Below are positions 39,417-50,179 of a stretch of 64,000 nucleotides of DNA, one piece after another. The stretch spans positions 1 through 64,000 of the IMG/VR virus record IMGVR_UViG_3300005573_000995. One strand, written 5' to 3'. The notes beneath the pieces were generated by a model. The model made no database searches. It was not told where the DNA came from and was given only the letters and a program-made list of their open reading frames with translations. The stretch's first letter is position 1, and each line of letters begins with the position of its first letter. Source of the stretch: a virus. The position numbers were made by a program, and so were the translations under genes.

Positions 39417-39599
39417 ATGTCAGTAAAGGAAATAAGCGAAAGAGACTGGCGAGGAGCATTAGCTGTTGGTCTAGTAGCTATCACTGCCGTTCTTGCTGTT
39501 TTAAATGGTGAATATCACCTCGGAATCGATAATATCATAACGGTATTCAGCACACTAACAGTTAGCGCTGTTTCTTGGTGGTATAAGACTCAATCTTAA
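39417..39599 (+). CDS. Small two-TM membrane protein (holin-like)
   Basis: Two hydrophobic helices; RBS and TATA upstream. Confidence 0.55.
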   Translation: MSVKEISERDWRGALAVGLVAITAVLAVLNGEYHLGIDNIITVFSTLTVSAVSWWYKTQS

Positions 39600-39609
39600 G
39601 GGCGAGACT

Positions 39610-40146
39610 ATGAATAGCGAAGAACCAAACCCTCTCCCAATTGAAGAGTCTGAAACCGTAAAAGATGTCTTACCAGTTGTTGAAGAAGTAGCCTCTCTTT
39701 CTCCTGAAGATTCTCTCCCCCTTGAAGCGCCAGAAGAGTTGCCTCAAGAAGCCACTTCTCAAGAAGAAGCTACTCAAGAGGGAAAAGAAAAGAAAAAGAA
39801 AATAGTATGTCCACGCTGTAAGCATGTGTGGTATTCTAAGGCTATGGGCTATTACACTTGTTCACAATGTTCTTATAAGTTTCGCCCTGGACAAGTGCCA
39901 CGAGAGAAGAGAGCAGAAAGGACATGGGTAGCTAACTTAGATAATATTGATTTGAGAACGTCAGAAGGGCAGAGTGCTTTACTTCTACAAATTCAAGAGG
40001 CATTAGCACAAAGGTCTCTAACGTGGGGAGATATGACTGCCATCGACCGCTTACTCAAGACCATTAGCATTAAGAAGGATTTAGATGTTATGAAGATGTT
40101 TATCGAGATGCGTAAAGAGATAGATGAATTGAAGAAAGGTGTCTAA
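39610..40146 (+). CDS. Zinc-ribbon protein, candidate terminase small subunit
   Basis: CPRC..CSQC; immediately upstream of terL. Confidence 0.45.
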   Translation: MNSEEPNPLPIEESETVKDVLPVVEEVASLSPEDSLPLEAPEELPQEATSQEEATQEGKEKKKKIVCPRCKHVWYSKAMGYYTCSQCSYKFRPGQVPREKRAERTWVANLDNIDLRTSEGQSALLLQIQEALAQRSLTWGDMTAIDRLLKTISIKKDLDVMKMFIEMRKEIDELKKGV

Positions 40147-40172
40147 TTAGCTGACAGTAAGGATGACGGAAT

Positions 40173-42833
40173 TTGAGTAGCACAACCAATTGGTACTATG
40201 AGAAGCTAAAGAGAGACTTAGATAAAATAAAGAAGAAAAAGCTACAAGAAGAGGATAAAGAGCTTATTCCAGACGACATTATTGAATTTATAACCAAATT
40301 CCGAATTATTAGAGGAAGACCTTTTTTATTTGACTATGTAGACCCCAATACAGGGGTTGTTATTCCTCAAGCTAGAAAATATTTGTATGATATTTATAGA
40401 ACAGCAGTTAATCCTCAAGTTCACGATATTATTATCACAAAAGGCAGGCAAATGGAAATCTCCGAATTAGCCGTTAATGTTTTGCTTTATTTTGCTCTCA
40501 AATATCAAGACCGTCATCTAGTTTTACTTTATACTGCTCCTCGAGGAGACCAAGTCTCTCGCTTTTCCAATAGACGCTTGAGAATAGAAGCTATAAAACA
40601 GAGCAAGCTTATTCGAAAATATTTGACAGGTACTGATGCAACCGAGACAGTCCAGCTTGGCAACTGTACAACCTATTTATACTCTGCTTGGGGGGAATTT
40701 GATGCAGTAAGGAACATCGATGCGGATGTAGCAATCGTTGATGAAGCTCAAGATATTCAATCTTCTGCTTTCCCCGTTATTCGTGAAAATATGGCTCATA
40801 GTTGGTTAAAGAAGTTTATCGTGATTGGAACACCGAAAGAAGCTAATTCCCCATTTGAGAATCTGTGGAACATGAGTGATAGGAGAGAATGGGATAAAGA
40901 GACAGGGAAGTGGATAAAAACTGTATCAGAGCCAAGACCTTTTGTCGGTTTTCATGTTTCTCAAGAAATGGCTCCTTGGATTACAAAAGAAGAGCTTGAA
41001 GCAAAGAAGATGCATTATACTCAACAGCAATTCTATAACGAAGTGCTAGGGCTGTTCTATAAGGGATTGGGTAGGCCAATCACAATCGAAGACTTATTTG
41101 CTTGCACAAACAGAGATATTGGATTCCAATCATTTGCAGAAGATACTTATGCAGGGGTGGATTGGGGGTGTTATGATGAACAAACTAGAACACTCACTAA
41201 TAGAGGATTTAAATATTATTGGGAAATAACTTCGGACGATTTGATTGCTCAATTTGACCCACAAACAGAAGAAATGTCATTTGTAAAGCCCTTAAAGAAA
41301 ATAGTATTTCATCATCGGGGGAAAATGGTACGAATAAAGAATAAGCACCAAGATATGTTAATTACACCCGACCACAAATGCATATTTCGCAAAGAATGGC
41401 AAAAGAAATGGACCAAATGCGAAGCTCAAGACTTATTGTCTTTAGATGATATAATTTTACCCAGTAAGGCGCGATGGAAAGGTGAGAATAAAGAATACTT
41501 TATACTACCATCAACCATTCGCAAAGATTGGAACAGAATATATGAAGAAAAGAAAATTGATATGAAAGTGTGGTTAGAATTTCTCGGCTACTTTCTATCT
41601 GATGGATGTGTAGCCTTTAGAAACGCAGACCATCAGCATAGTAGAATGGTTCAGGTACAAATATGTCAAAGAAACGTACATCCTTACAAGGTTAATGCAA
41701 TAAGGAATGTTTTGAATAAGTTGCCCTTCAAGTATGGAACATATTTCTATGAAAAGTATGGGGATTATCAGTTCAAAATTGCAAACAAACAGTTATATGA
41801 GTGGTTGGCAAATCATTGTGGTGCTGATTCAAAGACGAAGCACATACCAAGGGAATTTCTCGAATTATCTCCTGAATATTTAAGAATACTCTTAGATTCT
41901 TTAATGTTAGGAGATGGATATTGGTCAAAAAATAAGACTGGGGGGACTTATTATACAATATCAAAGCAACTTGCGGATGATGTATTTGAACTAACTATTA
42001 AACTTGGTTTCAATTCTCACTTATCTTATAGCTCTGGTAAATATAGAATAAACTTCTCTTTGTTAGATAAAAAACGGCATATAAGGGGAAAGAATGATGT
42101 TGAAATTGTAGACTATGATGGAATGGCATATTGTTTCTCTGTTCCAACAGGTTTCTTTGTTACAGAGCGTAATGGGTATATAGCATTCCAAGGTAACACT
42201 TCAACCAAAGATAATGCTGATACTGTATACTGGTGTATAAAACCATTAGACGATGGTAAAATTCATACGGTCTTCATTTCCAAAATAGATACCCCAGATA
42301 TAATGGAGCAAGTTCGGTTTGTAGCGAAATACATAGACCGCTATGATAACAGAAGGGTGGTTGTCGATTGGGGCTTTGGGCATGTTCAAACGCAAGAGCT
42401 ACAAAAGATGTATGGGATGAGAGTCCTTCCTTGCGATTATAGTGGGAGTGAAATCAAACCAGTTGAAATCAAGCTCACACAAACAGGCACAAAGCTACAT
42501 CTGAACCGCACATTAGCAATAGATACCGTTTTCGACTTGATTAAGAAGAAGAACTTAGTTATCCCCGGTAAGAACAGAGAACTAACAGATTGGCTATATA
42601 AGAACTTTATGGTAATGTATCAAGAATCCGAAGTATCAACAACAGGGAAAAACATACGGCGATGGGTTAAGGACAAGGGAGAAGATGCCCATGATGACGC
42701 CGTTCATGCTCTCGTATATGCCTACTATGCTTATCAAACAGATAGAACCAGAAAAGCTATGGAACTTGGCGAAGGTCCTCCTCCTGTCTATTTCGTTCCT
42801 CATTCTGAAGAAGAGTTTGGGCTTCCTTTTTGA
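40173..42833 (+). CDS. terL: Terminase large subunit (GpA-like) with intein
   Basis: KGRQMEISE, IVDE, IGTP, GVDWG|intein, VVDWG, HDDAVHA. Confidence 0.88.
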   Translation: MSSTTNWYYEKLKRDLDKIKKKKLQEEDKELIPDDIIEFITKFRIIRGRPFLFDYVDPNTGVVIPQARKYLYDIYRTAVNPQVHDIIITKGRQMEISELAVNVLLYFALKYQDRHLVLLYTAPRGDQVSRFSNRRLRIEAIKQSKLIRKYLTGTDATETVQLGNCTTYLYSAWGEFDAVRNIDADVAIVDEAQDIQSSAFPVIRENMAHSWLKKFIVIGTPKEANSPFENLWNMSDRREWDKETGKWIKTVSEPRPFVGFHVSQEMAPWITKEELEAKKMHYTQQQFYNEVLGLFYKGLGRPITIEDLFACTNRDIGFQSFAEDTYAGVDWGCYDEQTRTLTNRGFKYYWEITSDDLIAQFDPQTEEMSFVKPLKKIVFHHRGKMVRIKNKHQDMLITPDHKCIFRKEWQKKWTKCEAQDLLSLDDIILPSKARWKGENKEYFILPSTIRKDWNRIYEEKKIDMKVWLEFLGYFLSDGCVAFRNADHQHSRMVQVQICQRNVHPYKVNAIRNVLNKLPFKYGTYFYEKYGDYQFKIANKQLYEWLANHCGADSKTKHIPREFLELSPEYLRILLDSLMLGDGYWSKNKTGGTYYTISKQLADDVFELTIKLGFNSHLSYSSGKYRINFSLLDKKRHIRGKNDVEIVDYDGMAYCFSVPTGFFVTERNGYIAFQGNTSTKDNADTVYWCIKPLDDGKIHTVFISKIDTPDIMEQVRFVAKYIDRYDNRRVVVDWGFGHVQTQELQKMYGMRVLPCDYSGSEIKPVEIKLTQTGTKLHLNRTLAIDTVFDLIKKKNLVIPGKNRELTDWLYKNFMVMYQESEVSTTGKNIRRWVKDKGEDAHDDAVHALVYAYYAYQTDRTRKAMELGEGPPPVYFVPHSEEEFGLPF
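41169..42197 (+). mobile_element. Intein (343 aa) in the terminase nuclease domain
   Basis: CYDEQT..TPDH..LGYFLSDG..LMLGDG..FQGN|T. Confidence 0.93.
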
Positions 42834-42887
42834 TTAGAACAAGAAAAACTTTATATATTTTGTTAGAAATATTATAATGGCAAAGGT

Positions 42888-43217
42888 ATGAAAGAACTTC
42901 GCATAACGCCTAAATTGTGGGGGGAAGAGCATCTTTTAGTAAACGAGCCACAATATGCTATAAAACTTCTCTTTATAAAGAAAGGTTCTACGTCTAAGCA
43001 CTATCATGTTCTCAAAAAGGAGACACTTTACGTTCTTAATGGTACTGCTACATTACGTATATTTACAGTTCAAGAGAAAGACGAGACTACGCACGATTAT
43101 GTCTTGCAAGAGGGGGACTACTTTACCGTTATGCCATGCGCAATACATCAGATTACGGGTCCTGCAACAATCCTCGAAGTGTCTACCCAACCTTATGATG
43201 ATGTGATAAGATTATAG
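42888..43217 (+). CDS. Cupin (sugar isomerase-like)
   Basis: KLWGEE, SKHYH..KKET, H, ILEVST. Confidence 0.8.
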   Translation: MKELRITPKLWGEEHLLVNEPQYAIKLLFIKKGSTSKHYHVLKKETLYVLNGTATLRIFTVQEKDETTHDYVLQEGDYFTVMPCAIHQITGPATILEVSTQPYDDVIRL

Positions 43218-43232
43218 TAGGTGAGAGAATAG

Positions 43233-43496
43233 ATGAAGTTAGTTCAAATAATTGCTGTTTTTTCTATTCTTCTAATTGGCATCATTACTTTCGCTTCTCT
43301 ATGGGTGCTTCTATATTCAACTGTAAATCTATTCCAGTTCACATTAAGACCCAATGCAACTACTCCCTATGCTTATTCGTATGACATCATGATGCAAGGT
43401 ATGCAAGGCATTTTTAATCTTGCTTTCATTTTGCTGGTTTTAACGTTTGTTGTCTCGTCTCTGGTCTTGCTAATTGAAGCAAAAGCTGTTGGGTAA
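43233..43496 (+). CDS. Two-TM membrane protein
   Basis: Hydrophobic helices; GGTGA RBS. Confidence 0.65.
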   Translation: MKLVQIIAVFSILLIGIITFASLWVLLYSTVNLFQFTLRPNATTPYAYSYDIMMQGMQGIFNLAFILLVLTFVVSSLVLLIEAKAVG

Positions 43497-43559
43497 GAGG
43501 GCAGAACGTTCAAGCGTACTGTTATCTGCCTTATATATCGTTCAATACTTATTGAATCA

Positions 43560-43924
43560 TAAGCATTCTTTTTTTCTATATAAGATTTGAAATCGAATTA
43601 GAATTTTTGATTTGAAGAAAAGATGCTGAAAAATAGCTCAAATTGTTGCTATGATTTATGAGCAATCTTTGAATAAATTTCTCTAAAAATCTACGGAATT
43701 TTTCATAGGGATTTCTATCAAAAATGCTGAAAAAATGGCTGGAAATCCTTTCGGCAACTTTTTAAAATATATTTTCAAATTCTGCTGAATTTTATCGGCA
43801 ATTCTATAAGAAAATCTTTGGATTTTGCTTTAATTTTTTTCTCCAGATTTTTTCAAAATGCTGGAAAAAATTTTTGGCGAAATTTCAAACCGGAAAAATT
43901 TTTCCCGGGGGTACCTGCTTCCTC
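43560..43924. repeat. A/T-tract element, copy 1
   Basis: About 365 bp of A/T tracts ending TTTTCCCGGGGGTACCTGCTTCCTC. Confidence 0.8.
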
Positions 43925-44131
43925 TTCGAGCCTTTGTCGCTTGATTTGTTCTGCTCGTGCCAAAACGGCTTTTTTGTGGTCTTTATTGTCAATCAAGGGC
44001 TAAAAATGATAAAGTCCAAGCATCTTATAAAGTTTTATGATTGTTCTCAGGGATTATGATATATTATTTTCATAATATAGTATCGGTAGAGATTAAGGAG
44101 CGGGCAGGAACGGCAAACAAGGGTATTTTTA

Positions 44132-44313
44132 CAAATATTTGACAACCAAGGATGCCCGTTGCTCCTATAGGTAAGGGGCTTAAAATGAACAAATATTTGA
44201 AAAACACTGGTATCGTCGCTTTCCACTGCACTGCTGGTTCGTTGAACAAATATTTGGTTGCGCAGGACGTCGTTGGTGAGCATCGCAGTGGGCCGGTGTT
44301 AAACAAATATTTG
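44132..44313. repeat. CAAATATTTG cluster 1 (4 sites)
   Basis: 44132, 44190, 44247, 44304. Confidence 0.9.
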
Positions 44314-44367
44314 GGAACAAAATCCTTATTAACCCCTGCTCATATACTATTGGTGGGAAAGAGAAAA

Positions 44368-44571
44368 ATGTTAGTCTTCGCTTTCAGAGACGAGAAAGAA
44401 GCTAGTAAAGCCTGGGAAGTTCTTTTCATGGAGACAGAGAACCCATTATGGCTACGAAGATATGGCAATAAGATAATCGACGAGAACAATGATTCGCGGA
44501 CATATCGAAGCCGTCTAGTGAAGAGCCTTAAGGTAGCACTTCTCAACCCCAAGAAGGTGATGAAGACCTAA
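44368..44571 (+). CDS. Hypothetical protein (true start ATG 44368)
   Basis: TATA-like element and RBS upstream. Confidence 0.6.
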   Translation: MLVFAFRDEKEASKAWEVLFMETENPLWLRRYGNKIIDENNDSRTYRSRLVKSLKVALLNPKKVMKT

Positions 44572-44711
44572 TGGCTTCTCAAGCGCTATTTATCCAAATC
44601 TGTAAAAGATGCGGACATAAATGGTGGCCAAGAAGCCTACTCAAGCCAAAAGTATGCCCCAAATGTAAATCGCCATATTGGGACAGAGAACGGAAAAGAA
44701 TAGAGACCTAA
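44571..44711 (+). CDS. 46-aa zinc-ribbon protein
   Basis: Hand-translated: CKRCGHKWWPR..PKVCPKCKSPYWD. Confidence 0.75.
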   Translation: MASQALFIQICKRCGHKWWPRSLLKPKVCPKCKSPYWDRERKRIET

Positions 44712-44772
44712 AGTCTCCACTCTCTTTATTTTTGTTTTTATTTTTGAAAAAAGAAAGAAAAAAGCTTACGAT

Positions 44773-44883
44773 TTAGTATTCCTCTGACTTTACCTCATAT
44801 TCCTGTTTGTCAAAATCAAAAGAAATGACGGTAAAAAGCTTTTTCTTTTGATTTTGCGTATCCACGTTTTTGCTTTCGACCAA
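44773..44883 (-). CDS. 36-aa hypothetical protein
   Basis: TTG start with RBS and TTTAAATA upstream. Confidence 0.4.
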   Translation of the reverse strand: MVESKNVDTQNQKKKLFTVISFDFDKQEYEVKSEEY

Positions 44884-44947
44884 ATGCCTTTCCCTCGACA
44901 GATAGTTATACCCTACTCTATTTAAACGTATCGCTAGGTAACCCGCT

Positions 44948-45141
44948 TAAATGTTTGTTAGAGCACGCAGGACAGGAGATAGACGGTTCGCTTACAAATA
45001 TTTGTTCTAGACAACTGCTTAGTGCCGAACGGCAACGCTCTGGTGCAGGCAGTTGGATAAAACAAATATTTGAAAAAGCCTAACCTTGTCACAAAGCTTA
45101 CCAACGCTACTGGATTTGGTATCTATTAAATCAAACATTTG
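44948..45141. repeat. CAAATATTTG cluster 2 (2 exact, 2 variant sites)
   Basis: 44948 (variant), 44995, 45063, 45132 (variant). Confidence 0.85.
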
Positions 45142-45228
45142 TAAACACCCGGCCTCTAGGATATGCATCGGCTATCCATCGATAGCTTTATATACTATCA
45201 TACTATTATACTATGCGGGGATACAAAT

Positions 45229-45708
45229 ATGGTTGGTCGATTTCAAGTAATGGCAACACTCCAAGCAGCACGTGCGTATAAGCTAGGTCTTTCCCTAGAC
45301 TCAGCTTATTCGTGGGGTCTAGACCGTGCCCTATTCTATGCGGTAGCCAAAAGAGGCTTTAAGGGCAAAAGGCACTTTATCCCAAATGCGCAATCCGCTA
45401 AGGCACCAATCGGCGTTAAGCAACCTGTCGAAACTCCGAAGCCAAAATACAGCATGTTCTACCTAGGTGATGAAGGCGCATTCATGGATAACGATAAGGC
45501 TCTTTTCGTCTTCGGCGATAAAACTCTAACTCCGCAAGACTTTCAGAGGCAAATAATCAGTAGACTTAAAGACTTTCAGAGCGCCTGGAGTGAAGCCTTA
45601 AATATCGTCTCTCAGTACAGTAATGAGAAGCTTCTCTCATCAAAAGCCTTTTTTGAGGAAATCTACAAGCCTAGGAGAGACGAATTAGCCCTTAAGTGGC
45701 TACAGTAA
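45229..45708 (+). CDS. Hypothetical protein (GRFQVMATLQAARA motif)
   Basis: TATA at about 45186; T-rich terminator after the stop. Confidence 0.75.
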   Translation: MVGRFQVMATLQAARAYKLGLSLDSAYSWGLDRALFYAVAKRGFKGKRHFIPNAQSAKAPIGVKQPVETPKPKYSMFYLGDEGAFMDNDKALFVFGDKTLTPQDFQRQIISRLKDFQSAWSEALNIVSQYSNEKLLSSKAFFEEIYKPRRDELALKWLQ

Positions 45709-45732
45709 AAAATTTTTTCTTTTTTTTTCTTT

Positions 45733-46140
45733 TTAGCTTAAAGCCTCTAAGAGTTCGCTTTCTTTCAGTAGTGCAGCATGTAACCGCTCTCCATACATGA
45801 AAAGAAGGTAAAAGACACGATAATCGTGTTTAGTGGACCCACCATGAAACTCGATAACCGCGGGTAGAGAAGGCAAAATCTGATAGACAACGTTATCTAT
45901 CCTTTTTCGGTCTAAAAATTCACGTTCAAACTTATATTGCGGATGTAATCCCTTAATCTGTGCAGCCCAAGGCTTTCGTTGTGCCCATCCTCCTTCATTA
46001 CAGTAAACAAAATCTTCATGCTTAACGCAAAAGTCATTTCCGAATTTCAGAAACTCATAAGGTCGAGCATTAGCTAGCTTTTTCTCCACTAGCTTCTCTA
46101 TCCACGTCTTCGTTTCGACTGAAGTATTTTCTTGGCTCAT
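45733..46140 (-). CDS. Hypothetical protein
   Basis: RBS and TTTATATA upstream. Confidence 0.7.
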   Translation of the reverse strand: MSQENTSVETKTWIEKLVEKKLANARPYEFLKFGNDFCVKHEDFVYCNEGGWAQRKPWAAQIKGLHPQYKFEREFLDRKRIDNVVYQILPSLPAVIEFHGGSTKHDYRVFYLLFMYGERLHAALLKESELLEALS

Positions 46141-46245
46141 TTTTCCCTCATACATCTATATAACCGTGCTGTATATAAAGCTTGTGGAGTGTCCTTTATA
46201 AGCGATTGCAAGATTGCAATCCAGACGCTAAGCAAGGACAGTGTT

Positions 46246-46368
46246 CAAATATTTGTTTATGTACGACATCCCTTGGGGGGATAGAGGAGGGGGGCATAAA
46301 AACAAATATTTGATTTCTACCGAATTCCTCCTCGTCCGGCAAGCACGCCGGTACAAATCAAATATTTG
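46246..46368. repeat. CAAATATTTG cluster 3 (3 sites)
   Basis: 46246, 46303, 46359. Confidence 0.9.
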
Positions 46369-46448
46369 CGCAAAAAAGACCTACGGCAAGTTCTTCCTTG
46401 ACCAATAGCCTTAAATAACCCTCTTTACTTATAGGTAGTGGTGGGAAA

Positions 46449-47048
46449 ATGGGCTATACCCATTATTGGCGAAGACCGAAAGAAATAGACCGAAAGAGAT
46501 TTTCTCTAATCGTCAGAGACTTCAAAAGAGTAATGCCTACTCTCGAGCACTTGGGCATAAAGCTAGCTGATGGCTACGGGGAAAATAAACCTGTAGTCAA
46601 TATCCACCGCGTATGGTTCAACGGGCTAGCGAAATGCGGACATGAAAAGCATGACTATGGGATACCATGGCCAGCAGAGAACGCTAAAGGAGTAGTTCTT
46701 AGCGGAATGCCTAAAAACGAAGTTCTCGGAGGTATATGGTTTGCTGGGGCTTTACTGAACGCTAGAACATGTAATGGCGATTGCTCCCATGAAACTTTCA
46801 ATTTCCCTCGTCAAATGAATAGGAAAAACTCTCTCCTAATCAAGGACGGAGAAATGTTTTTCGATTGCTGCAAAACCGCTTATAAGCCCTATGACTTCGC
46901 GGTAAACGTCTTTCTAATCATAGCCAAGCACTACCTTAAAGACGATATCATAGTTACAAGTGACGGAACAATCGAACAATGGCAAGACGCTATCGATTTT
47001 GTCCAGAGATTTCTAGACTATGGGCAAGACTTTCAGCTAGCCAATTAA
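46449..47048 (+). CDS. Conserved hypothetical protein (MGYTHYW..CKT..KPYD type)
   Basis: MGYTHYW, HETF, CKTAYKPYD, SDG motifs recalled from phage/plasmid proteins. Confidence 0.75.
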   Translation: MGYTHYWRRPKEIDRKRFSLIVRDFKRVMPTLEHLGIKLADGYGENKPVVNIHRVWFNGLAKCGHEKHDYGIPWPAENAKGVVLSGMPKNEVLGGIWFAGALLNARTCNGDCSHETFNFPRQMNRKNSLLIKDGEMFFDCCKTAYKPYDFAVNVFLIIAKHYLKDDIIVTSDGTIEQWQDAIDFVQRFLDYGQDFQLAN

Positions 47049-47409
47049 AGCATGCTTTTTTTCTATTAAGAAAAAAATCGACCTTTAGATTTTTTGGAAA
47101 TTGACGATGCCTAATCGAAATTATCTACGGTTTTTATAGAATTTTCTTTCAAAAAGCCATTAGATTTTCAGCCAAAATGCTTAAAGTTTTGGCGATAATT
47201 TACTCTAAAATTTGCTGGGAATTTGCTTGCTTTTTGTTAGAAAATCTGGGCCATTTGCCGGGGAAATGTCAAGGAAAATTATCAAAAAAGCTGGGCAAAA
47301 TTCTGCGAAATTCGTCTCAAAATCTGCGCTCAAAATTTTGGGATTCGCGAAAAAATTTTTTTAAAAATTCTATGGGGGCAAAAATTTTCCCGGGGGTACC
47401 TGCTTCCTC
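47048..47409. repeat. A/T-tract element, copy 2
   Basis: Similar start (AAGCAT.CTTTTTTTCTAT) and identical 25-bp end as copy 1. Confidence 0.8.
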
Positions 47410-47828
47410 CGCTCTCTTTTCGTCTAAATAGTTTACATAGCGCTATATAGGATTGATAGAATAAAGGCTAGACCATACTGATAAGAAGACCTAATTACGG
47501 TCCTTATTGTTCGTGCCAATCCTTATCGCTACTTATAGTATATAGACCTATGTATTTAAACCTTTTGCCTATTTACTAATTCATGTTTTTCCTGGTCTTC
47601 TACTTATCCGTATTTATTCCAAATGTTTGATAAGGACAGTATTTATTCAAATATTTGTGACCTTAGTCTATATACTACCCTCCGAAACTATATAGACCTA
47701 CATAGGCCATCTAATGCCTATATATTCGTTCTTATCTCTATATAGAAGTTTAAACTTTTGCGCCAGGTTTAAACTCTTTAGGGTAAAGGTATATATACCC
47801 TAGGGGTATAATCTCAACCGTAAGAAAA

Positions 47829-47969
47829 ATGATAACCCAAAACCGAAACAGAAAGAATAACCTAGTTTACGAGGGCCGCTTTATGTGCTACGAATGTGGC
47901 ACGGTCTTCGTGAGTACTAGGTATTTGCATGCACATATAAAGAATGTGCATGTGCATAAGGAGGAGTGA
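47829..47969 (+). CDS. 46-aa C2H2 zinc-finger protein
   Basis: Hand-translated FMCYECGTVF..YLHAHIKNVH; TATA at about 47790. Confidence 0.7.
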   Translation: MITQNRNRKNNLVYEGRFMCYECGTVFVSTRYLHAHIKNVHVHKEE

Positions 47970-47975
47970 AAGACC

Positions 47976-48203
47976 ATGTCCGATGAGCTAGTTCTTATGC
48001 GAAAAGACCGTTTAGGTCCTGGACAGATGATGTACAAGTGTAGGGAATGCAGAGAGCACACAATACACAACTATGAGATAAGCATGCCATCATCTTATCA
48101 TCAGCATTATAGGATTACGCTAGACATTTACAAGTGTATCAATTGCGGAACCTTGAAGTATATTTCCCATAGAGAGGGTTATGTCGAGAGGTCCATGATG
48201 TAA
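47976..48203 (+). CDS. Small zinc-ribbon protein
   Basis: CREC..CINCG. Confidence 0.65.
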   Translation: MSDELVLMRKDRLGPGQMMYKCRECREHTIHNYEISMPSSYHQHYRITLDIYKCINCGTLKYISHREGYVERSMM

Positions 48204-48544
48204 TGATAACCGAAAAACAAAGGAAAAAAATCCTTCGGCAGCTAAAAACATATGTAGAAAAGGGTAGCCTATATAAGCTACACTACACTATTACTGTTCC
48301 GAAACCTTTCCTACACATTACTGCTAGTATACATATTTTTGAACAAGAAATTATAGAATTTGGCAAGGGAAGTTATCTAGATGGGATTGATATTTGGAAT
48401 TTGATCCATCTAGTCTTATATCTTCAAAGCCAAGGAATACAGGTAAATTGGATTAGGGTAGACGATAAGTTTGAGTATTATCCTAATCTTCACATATCGC
48501 TAACCCTAGATCACATGCTAGTGGATCATATATTGGAGGAATAA
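48203..48544 (+). CDS. Hypothetical protein
   Basis: Translationally coupled ORF. Confidence 0.6.
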   Translation: MITEKQRKKILRQLKTYVEKGSLYKLHYTITVPKPFLHITASIHIFEQEIIEFGKGSYLDGIDIWNLIHLVLYLQSQGIQVNWIRVDDKFEYYPNLHISLTLDHMLVDHILEE

Positions 48545-48656
48545 AGGAATTGGACGAAAGAGATCAAACCGCCATAAGTGAAGCCATGGGAATATGGCTT
48601 CAGTTAGTCCTGAAAGAATTAGCACTAGTTGCTTATGAAGGGGGAGCACTAGGAAA

Positions 48657-49094
48657 TTGACCTTAAGCATTACGATAATAAGCTATAGGCTTCCATCATA
48701 TCAACGCAAGATGATGGAAACTAATCCTGAACTTAAGGCCAACATAAAAAAGGCCTATAACAAGGCATGGGCAAAACTGTCCGAATTAGGTCCTCATCTA
48801 GGGACCTCTCAAATTGTTAGTTTTGTCAATCCTAGCGTAATAAGGGAAAGGCTAGAAGGGATTAAAGTTAAGCTTGATCTCGATAAGCCTTTTGCTGTCT
48901 TTCATGTCTTAACTACAGAGGAATTGCCATCATGGATACCCTTTTTGGAGACCACAATAAGCGAAAAGCTTGAAATAGTCAAAAATAAGAATAGTTATAG
49001 AAGTAGGACCGAATATGCCAAGCTACATAATGCACTAGAAGATTTGGAAACGATCAAAAGCGAATTAGCAAATAAGGCTTTAGAGGTGATTTAG
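48657..49094 (+). CDS. Hypothetical protein
   Basis: ORF upstream of AAA ATPase. Confidence 0.6.
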   Translation: MTLSITIISYRLPSYQRKMMETNPELKANIKKAYNKAWAKLSELGPHLGTSQIVSFVNPSVIRERLEGIKVKLDLDKPFAVFHVLTTEELPSWIPFLETTISEKLEIVKNKNSYRSRTEYAKLHNALEDLETIKSELANKALEVI

Positions 49095-49096
49095 TT

Positions 49097-50179
49097 TTGA
49101 ACATTCCTCAAGTTTCCCCCAACCAGCTTATGAAAATTTTAGAAATAGCGCATAAAACTAAAACTGCTGTCCTAATAGTAGGACGCTACGGAGTCGGAAA
49201 GACCTCAATCCCATATCAATACGCTAATGATAACAGATTTTACCTCGAGGACCTAAAGCTAAGTCAATTTGATGCGATAAGCTTGAGAGGTCCTCCGGAG
49301 ACCGAAATAAAAGACGGTATAAAAATAACGACTTGGCCTATAGGAGACATGTTTTATAGACTTTCACAACATAAAGAAGGGGCCGTTTTGCTATTGGATG
49401 AATTCGATAAAGCGACCCCTTCAGTAGCTAGCGCTAGTTATGAGCTATTACTTCAGAGACGTTATGGTAATTTTGTTTTAGCAGATAACGTTTTGATTGT
49501 AGCTACAAGTAATTTAGAATCTGAAGATTTTAGGAGTGAGGGATTTAGTATCCCTCAATTGGACCGTCTGTTAAAAGTAGAGCTAGCTTATCAGCTTGAG
49601 GATTGGCTAGCTTATGCGAAAAACAAGGGAATAGACAGTAGAATTATAGAGTTTATAAGCACTAATCCCTCTCGCTTATGGAGAGAAGGACAACCTGAAA
49701 GTTTTACTACTACTTCACCTAGAGGATGGGAAAGATTAAGCCATCTACTTCAAAACGTTAATAATTTGGATGTTGAGCTAATCGAGACGCTAGCAGGGGC
49801 CCTAGTAGGGTCCGATATCGCTAGCGAATTTATTGAATTCATTAATGAGGTATCATGGCAAAAGATTTACATTAACAACGATATGCAGAAGCTTAAAAAC
49901 CTTGATTTAGCAGCTAGAAAACTAGTAATAAAACAAGCTGCCCAAGATGTTGCTAGTGATATTGTGAAATCGCATAATGCTGCTTATAATCTGAAACTAA
50001 CGTTTATAACGAATTATTGCCTAGATTATGATGATCTTGAATTTGCTGTTTTGTTTTTCAGAGGCCTGAAGCTAAATCTCGACAGTTTTGATGATTTTAT
50101 TAGGTCCTATAGCTGGCCAAGAAAAACGGAATTATTGACAAAAATAACTGCCTTCAGTAAAAATGGAGGCAGTTCCTAA
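49097..50179 (+). CDS. MoxR-like AAA+ ATPase (second copy)
   Basis: GRYGVGKT, LLLDE, ATSN, LDR, SPRGW. Confidence 0.88.
   Translation: MNIPQVSPNQLMKILEIAHKTKTAVLIVGRYGVGKTSIPYQYANDNRFYLEDLKLSQFDAISLRGPPETEIKDGIKITTWPIGDMFYRLSQHKEGAVLLLDEFDKATPSVASASYELLLQRRYGNFVLADNVLIVATSNLESEDFRSEGFSIPQLDRLLKVELAYQLEDWLAYAKNKGIDSRIIEFISTNPSRLWREGQPESFTTTSPRGWERLSHLLQNVNNLDVELIETLAGALVGSDIASEFIEFINEVSWQKIYINNDMQKLKNLDLAARKLVIKQAAQDVASDIVKSHNAAYNLKLTFITNYCLDYDDLEFAVLFFRGLKLNLDSFDDFIRSYSWPRKTELLTKITAFSKNGGSS

Noticed and set aside
43818-47431. ORFs 43818, 43874, 44047, 44070, the 5' part of 44152, and 47177
   Set aside because: Read-through of repeat elements; their shared peptides simply reflect the DNA repeats
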